In this document: one piece after another, positions 59,283 through 64,000 of the stretch | Position numbering within the stretch: the stretch's first letter is position 1 | How the letters are laid out: every line of letters begins with the position of its first letter | DNA from: Paenibacillus sp. | GTDB lineage: Bacteria > Bacillota > Bacilli > Paenibacillales > YIM-B00363 | Direction: 5' to 3' | DNA length: 64,000 bases | NCBI GenBank assembly: GCA_044353165.1 | Contig: JBILCM010000002.1 | Location: 31,477 to 95,476, forward strand | The notes under the pieces: model-generated | Databases searched by the model: none | Told to the model about the DNA's origin: nothing | The model's input: only the letters and a program-made list of their open reading frames with translations | Program-made: the position numbers and the translations under genes

Positions 59283-61318
59283 ACATTCACCACCCCTACG
59301 CTCTGAATTTCAATATTTGGTTCAAGTTCACTATAAGAAAGTACTGTAACATCCTGCATGGCTCGCTCGAGAAGTTGCCGCAGATACATGCGGATTGTTG
59401 GTGAGGTTAATACGATGGGAGTACTTCCGGTTTGAGCTAACTTAGATGCTTGTTCTGCGATCTTCTGAACAATAGTCTGGGAACTCGTAGGATCTAGGTT
59501 CAAGTAACTCCCTTGTTCTGATTGTTGGACAGACTCAGCAATTTTGCGTTCTAATGTCGGTCCAATAGTAACTACGCGTAACGCTTCACCACTACTGGAA
59601 TGTTGTAACGTAATTTGTCTTGACAAGCTTTGTCGAACATATTCCGTTAAAATATCTGGATCCTTTGTGTAAGTTCCATAATCAGCCAAAGTTTCAAAAA
59701 TGGTTACAAGGTCACGAATCGAAACCTTTTCTTTTAGCAATTTTGCCAGTACTTTCTGAATATCTCCAATGGATAACACATTAGGAATTAGCTCATCAAC
59801 GATGGCTGGGTATGTTTGTTTCACATTGTCAATCAGTGCTTTGGTTTCTTGACGTCCGATCAACTCATGCGCGTGACGTTTGATCACTTCTGTCAAATGT
59901 GTGGCAACGACAGAAGGTGGGTCAACAATAGTATAACCGGACATCTCAGCACGATCTTTCATCACCTCATCAATCCAAAGGGCTGAAAGACCGAAGGCCG
60001 GTTCAATCGTCTCGATACCAGTAATACTTTCATCATCAACGCCCGGACTCATCGCCAAATAATGATTTAGCAATAATTCGCCGCGTGCTACCGTATTTCC
60101 TTTAATTTTCATTACATATTGGTTGGGCCGAAGTTGGATGTTGTCACGAATCCGAATAACTGGAACAACCATTCCAATCTCCAAAGCACATTGACGACGA
60201 ATCATAATAATACGATCGAGCAGATCGCCACCTTGCTGCTGATCCGCAAGTGGTATTAATCCATACCCAAATTCAAACTCAATAGGGTCGATCTGCAACA
60301 AATTAATAATACTTTCTGGACTTCGAACTTCTTCGATTTGCTGTTCTTCCACCATTTGTTCATTCTCAATAACTTTCTTCTTCATCATTTGATCCATCCG
60401 AAACGCAGCAAACCCAATGACGGCTGCTGTAGGCACCGTGGCTAACGGGCCAATCGGGGTGAAAAGACCTAAGCCCAAAATTGTACCGGCAACAATGTAC
60501 AACAAACGAGGATAGCTAAATATTTGTGCGGTAATGTCTGCCGCCAAGTTGTCTTCAGAAGCAGCACGGGTTACAATCAAACCAGCGGCAGTAGAAATAA
60601 GTAATGCGGGAATTTGGCTGACCAAGCCATCGCCTATGGTTAATATTGAATATCTCTCGATGGCTTCACCGAAACTAAAGCCCATCATGGTAATTCCAAT
60701 GATGAAACCACCAATCAAATTGATGATTACGATAATGATGGATGCGATGGCATCTCCTTTAACAAATTTACTAGCTCCATCCATCGCTCCATAGAAATCA
60801 GCTTCTTGTTCAATTTTTTTACGGCGATCACGCGCTTGTTGTTCATTAATCAATCCCGAATTCAAATCGGCATCAATACTCATTTGTTTCCCGGGCATCG
60901 CATCTAAAGTAAATCTCGCGCCGACTTCCGCTACCCGTTCAGAACCTTTCGTAATAACAATAAACTGTACAATAACCAAAATTAAAAATACAATAAATCC
61001 TACAGCAATATTGCCCCCCGCCACGAATGAACCGAACGTTTCAACAACTCTACCAGCCTCGGCTTCCGCCAAAATATTTCTTGTAGTAGAAACATTGAGA
61101 CCCAGTCGAAACAAGGTTGTGATCAGAAGTAACGAAGGGAAAATTGAAAACTGCAGTGCATCTTTAGTATTCATCGCTACGAGTAACATCGTTAAGGCTA
61201 AGGAAATGTTGATGATTAGTAAAAAATCAAGAACGTGCACATTGATAGGAATGACCAACATTAACACAATGCCAATAATGCCTACAAGTACAGTTACATC
61301 TCTTATTTTCATCTTCAT
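59279..61318 (-). CDS. flhA: flagellar type III export protein FlhA
   Basis: 679 aa. FHIPEP family sequence (LPSLLLITTLFRLGLNVSTTR, MPGKQMSIDADL). Confidence 0.97.
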   Translation of the reverse strand: MKMKIRDVTVLVGIIGIVLMLVIPINVHVLDFLLIINISLALTMLLVAMNTKDALQFSIFPSLLLITTLFRLGLNVSTTRNILAEAEAGRVVETFGSFVAGGNIAVGFIVFLILVIVQFIVITKGSERVAEVGARFTLDAMPGKQMSIDADLNSGLINEQQARDRRKKIEQEADFYGAMDGASKFVKGDAIASIIIVIINLIGGFIIGITMMGFSFGEAIERYSILTIGDGLVSQIPALLISTAAGLIVTRAASEDNLAADITAQIFSYPRLLYIVAGTILGLGLFTPIGPLATVPTAAVIGFAAFRMDQMMKKKVIENEQMVEEQQIEEVRSPESIINLLQIDPIEFEFGYGLIPLADQQQGGDLLDRIIMIRRQCALEIGMVVPVIRIRDNIQLRPNQYVMKIKGNTVARGELLLNHYLAMSPGVDDESITGIETIEPAFGLSALWIDEVMKDRAEMSGYTIVDPPSVVATHLTEVIKRHAHELIGRQETKALIDNVKQTYPAIVDELIPNVLSIGDIQKVLAKLLKEKVSIRDLVTIFETLADYGTYTKDPDILTEYVRQSLSRQITLQHSSSGEALRVVTIGPTLERKIAESVQQSEQGSYLNLDPTSSQTIVQKIAEQASKLAQTGSTPIVLTSPTIRMYLRQLLERAMQDVTVLSYSELEPNIEIQSVGVVNV

Positions 61319-61336
61319 TCCGCTCCTTTCATACTT

Positions 61337-62443
61337 TTACTTCGCAGCTATCTTCTTCCTTGCTTTATATACATAAGCTAAAACTTCAGCAACAGCCTGG
61401 AATAAATCTTGTGGTATCGGTTGTCCAATATCAACCTGTGCATAAAGTGCTCTCGCTAATGGCTTGTTTTCCATCATGGCAACATCATTATCTTGGGCAA
61501 CTTGCTTGATTCGTTTGGCCACAAAATCAGCGCCTTTTGCAATCACCCGCGGCGCATCCATTTCGGCGGCGTCATACCGGATTGCAACTGCAAAGTGGGT
61601 CGGATTTGTAATAACGACATCCGCTTTTGGCACTTCTTGCATCATTCTCATCATCGCCATACGCCGTTGCTTTTCGCGTATTTTACTCTTAATCAGTGGA
61701 TCTCCTTCGGTCTTTTTGTATTCGTCTTGTATATCTTGCTTGGACATTCGAATGCTTTTTTCAAATTCCCAACGTTGATACAAGTAATCAAAGACCGATA
61801 AAATGAGCAATGCCCCTCCAGCAAATAAGCCAAATCGGATGGTGAGCGATGCAACATATTCGAACATATCAGGCAACGGAATTTTCGATAATGCTAGAAT
61901 CGAATCGCGCTCCCCCCATATCATTAAAAATGCAATAATACCAATGATGAGCACTTTAAGCATAGACTTTAAAAACTCAACTAGTGATCGAACTGAAAAT
62001 ATTTGTTTTGCCCCATTGATCGGATTCAGTTTTTCCAATTTCATCTTCAAAGGCTCTGCCGTGAAAAGAAAACCGACTTGGGCATATCCTGAAAAAAGTG
62101 CCAGAAAGACACCGAGTCCAAGTATAGGAGACATAATGAAAAGTAACTCTCTCATTAACTGAGAAAACATAGCGATGACGTTCTGAGTAGACATGTCCCA
62201 TAATAGATATTCATAAAATCCAGCTGAAAACATTCTCGCGATCCGTTCACCTAAGAAAGCACCATACCAAGCCAGCAAGGCAAAACCGCCCAACATAATT
62301 AAAGCGCCGGGAAGTTCCATACTCTTGGCAACTTGCCCTTTGTCCCTGGATTCTTGGCGTTTTTTCGGCGTGGCTGGTTCTGTTTTTTCTTGTGCAAACA
62401 ACTGTAAATTGAGCGGTAACAAATAGCGCGGCAAAATGTTCAC
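61337..62443 (-). CDS. flhB: flagellar type III export protein FlhB
   Basis: LNLQLFAQEKTEPATPKKRQESRDKGQVAKS N-terminus and the NPTH autocleavage site (VVITNPTHFAVA). Confidence 0.96.
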   Translation of the reverse strand: MNILPRYLLPLNLQLFAQEKTEPATPKKRQESRDKGQVAKSMELPGALIMLGGFALLAWYGAFLGERIARMFSAGFYEYLLWDMSTQNVIAMFSQLMRELLFIMSPILGLGVFLALFSGYAQVGFLFTAEPLKMKLEKLNPINGAKQIFSVRSLVEFLKSMLKVLIIGIIAFLMIWGERDSILALSKIPLPDMFEYVASLTIRFGLFAGGALLILSVFDYLYQRWEFEKSIRMSKQDIQDEYKKTEGDPLIKSKIREKQRRMAMMRMMQEVPKADVVITNPTHFAVAIRYDAAEMDAPRVIAKGADFVAKRIKQVAQDNDVAMMENKPLARALYAQVDIGQPIPQDLFQAVAEVLAYVYKARKKIAAK

Positions 62444-63240
62444 CTTCTTATCGTTTCTTCGGTGCGCATTACATTCAACAATTCATTCATCGAATCAAAT
62501 AAATTCGTGAACAAAGATTGAAATAACGTTATGAATCCAGGTACAAGAAGAAACGTAATAATTAACCCAACAATAATTTTCAGAGGCATGCCTACAACAA
62601 ATATGTTAAACTGAGGAGCTGTCTTCGCTAGAACCCCTAGGGCTACGTCAACCAAGAACATTGCTGCAACAATAGGCGCGGCCATCTGGAATGCGAGAGA
62701 GAAGACGATGCCAAAACTTTTGGCAATATACTCAGAGATGTTGCCTTCTTCAAACTTACCAAAGAATGTATTATCCAAAGGAAGATAATTATAACTGTCC
62801 ATAATACCGATGAGAAGATAGTGATGCGCATCAAAGGTTAAAAACAAAAGGATCGCAACAATAAACTTAAAAGTACCAAAAATCGGGCTTTGCGCGCCAG
62901 TCATAGGATCTATGACATTCGCTATACCAAACCCCATCTGCATATCAATGAATGCTCCAGCAATCTGAACAACAGTGAAAAACAAATAAGCAATAAAGCC
63001 TAGTAATATACCTATTAAAGATTCACGCACAATCAAAAGTATAAAGTTTGCATCTAATGGAATTGGTGTTTGTGTTCCAGAAGAAAAAAAAACGATTAAG
63101 GCGACAAATGCTGCAATGCCGACCCGGAAAGTAATGGGTACACCCGTACGTGTCGAAAAAACAGGTACCGTCACAAAAAAACCAGCAAGTCTAGAAAAAA
63201 CGAGCAATAAGTTCGGAAAAAACGATAAGAATAATTCCAT
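62440..63240 (-). CDS. fliR: flagellar type III export protein FliR
   Basis: 266-aa polytopic membrane protein between fliQ and flhB, with 4-nt overlap coupling to flhB. Confidence 0.92.
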   Translation of the reverse strand: MELFLSFFPNLLLVFSRLAGFFVTVPVFSTRTGVPITFRVGIAAFVALIVFFSSGTQTPIPLDANFILLIVRESLIGILLGFIAYLFFTVVQIAGAFIDMQMGFGIANVIDPMTGAQSPIFGTFKFIVAILLFLTFDAHHYLLIGIMDSYNYLPLDNTFFGKFEEGNISEYIAKSFGIVFSLAFQMAAPIVAAMFLVDVALGVLAKTAPQFNIFVVGMPLKIIVGLIITFLLVPGFITLFQSLFTNLFDSMNELLNVMRTEETIRR

Positions 63241-63253
63241 AATGATTCATCCA

Positions 63254-63523
63254 CTATTGAATATATAAATACAGATTGTCTAATAAATTAAAAGTAAAAC
63301 CTACCAACTTAGATAAAATCCATGGCCCAAAAAACAAGATGGCAACCATAACTACAACAATTTTAGGCACGAAAGCTAACGTTTGTTCTTGAATTTGTGT
63401 AGTCGCTTGAAAAATGCTTACGGCCAAACCAACAACCAACGCAAGAATTAACATGGGTGCACTTGCCAATAAAGTTGTATAAATCGCTTCACCGGCGATG
63501 CGAATAACCATATCCGATCGCAA
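63254..63523 (-). CDS. fliQ: flagellar type III export protein FliQ
   Basis: Start re-set to the TTG at 63523 (AAGGAGAG upstream), giving 89 aa. MRSDMVIRIAGEAIYTTLLASAPML...IFQATTQIQEQTLAFVPKI is collinear with B. subtilis FliQ (89 aa). Confidence 0.93.
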   Translation of the reverse strand: MRSDMVIRIAGEAIYTTLLASAPMLILALVVGLAVSIFQATTQIQEQTLAFVPKIVVVMVAILFFGPWILSKLVGFTFNLLDNLYLYIQ

Positions 63524-63543
63524 TCTCTTCACTCTCCTTATTT

Positions 63544-64000
63544 TCAAGTATTAAAACTAAGTAGAAGCGACTTCACAACCAAATACCAACCGTCCACCAG
63601 CACAAAAAGTAATATTTTAAAAGGCAAGGAAATCATAATTGGTGGTAACATCATCATCCCCATCGCCATTAGGGTGCTAGATACAACCATATCAATCACT
63701 AGGAAAGGAATGAATATCATAAATCCCATTTGAAAAGCAGTCTTCAATTCACTGATTGCGAACGCCGGAATGAGAGCAGTCAAAGGTATATCTTCGTAAG
63801 AAGTAGGAAGTTCCATTTTGCCATAATTGATAAAAAGCATTAAATCTTTCTCACGAGTATGACTTGCCATAAATTTTTTCACTGGCAAAGCTGCCTCATT
63901 CAATGCCTCTGTCTGGGTCAAATCCCCCTTGAGATAAGGTTGTAATGCTTGTTCATTGATTTCGCCAATGGTTGGAGCCATAATGAATAACGTCATAAAG
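63544..64000 (-). CDS. fliP: flagellar type III export protein FliP, C-terminal part (gene continues beyond the right edge)
   Basis: ...[43 protein letters not shown]... is the FliP signature. The reading frame is open to position 64000. Confidence 0.93.
   Translation of the reverse strand, partial: FMTLFIMAPTIGEINEQALQPYLKGDLTQTEALNEAALPVKKFMASHTREKDLMLFINYGKMELPTSYEDIPLTALIPAFAISELKTAFQMGFMIFIPFLVIDMVVSSTLMAMGMMMLPPIMISLPFKILLFVLVDGWYLVVKSLLLSFNT

Overview
This is a core-chromosome segment of an AT-leaning, spore-forming, flagellated Bacillales genome. The gene order looks Paenibacillaceae-like (recA-recX-rny, rbfA-nrnA-truB). All 64 genes I can support lie on the minus strand. Reading the minus strand from high to low coordinates, the window holds five blocks. 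(1) The 3' part of the flagellar operon: fliP (truncated), fliQ, fliR, flhB, flhA, flhF, flhG, a small membrane protein, sigD, then a FapA/DUF342 gene and three small unknown genes. (2) rpsB-tsf-pyrH-frr-uppS-cdsA-dxr-rseP-proS-polC, followed by an extra glutamate racemase. (3) rimP-nusA-ylxR-ylxQ-infB-rbfA-nrnA-truB-ribF-rpsO-pnp. (4) A sporulation and lysine-branch block: ylxY, mlpA, dut, dpaAB, asd, dapA, rnj, tepA-ylzJ, spoIIIE/ftsK and an orphan sleB. (5) ymfF-ymfH-ymfI-ymfJ-ymfK-rodZ, a mini membrane ORF, yajQ, rimO, pgsA, cinA, recA, recX, rny, ymdB, spoVS, and a truncated M19 dipeptidase at the left edge. I found no mobile elements, CRISPR arrays, tRNA or rRNA genes, or clearly foreign islands, so this is an ordinary housekeeping region rather than an accessory one. 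The points most worth a second look are listed here in rough order of interest. First, the uncharacterised four-gene tail after sigD, together with the absence of cheBAWCD between flhG and sigD. Second, a 45-nt in-frame tandem repeat array that inflates IF2 to 1058 aa. Third, an archaeal/eukaryote-type ProRS in the syntenic proS slot. Fourth, an extra glutamate racemase wedged between polC and rimP. Fifth, an orphan sleB with a near-consensus sigma-G promoter. Sixth, a suboptimal terminator in the rimP-nusA leader. Seventh, an untracked 54-aa membrane ORF. Several ORF-track N-termini are over-extended, and I re-set those starts from Shine-Dalgarno (SD) spacing. All calls come from reading the translations and motifs by eye; no database searches or folding calculations were run.
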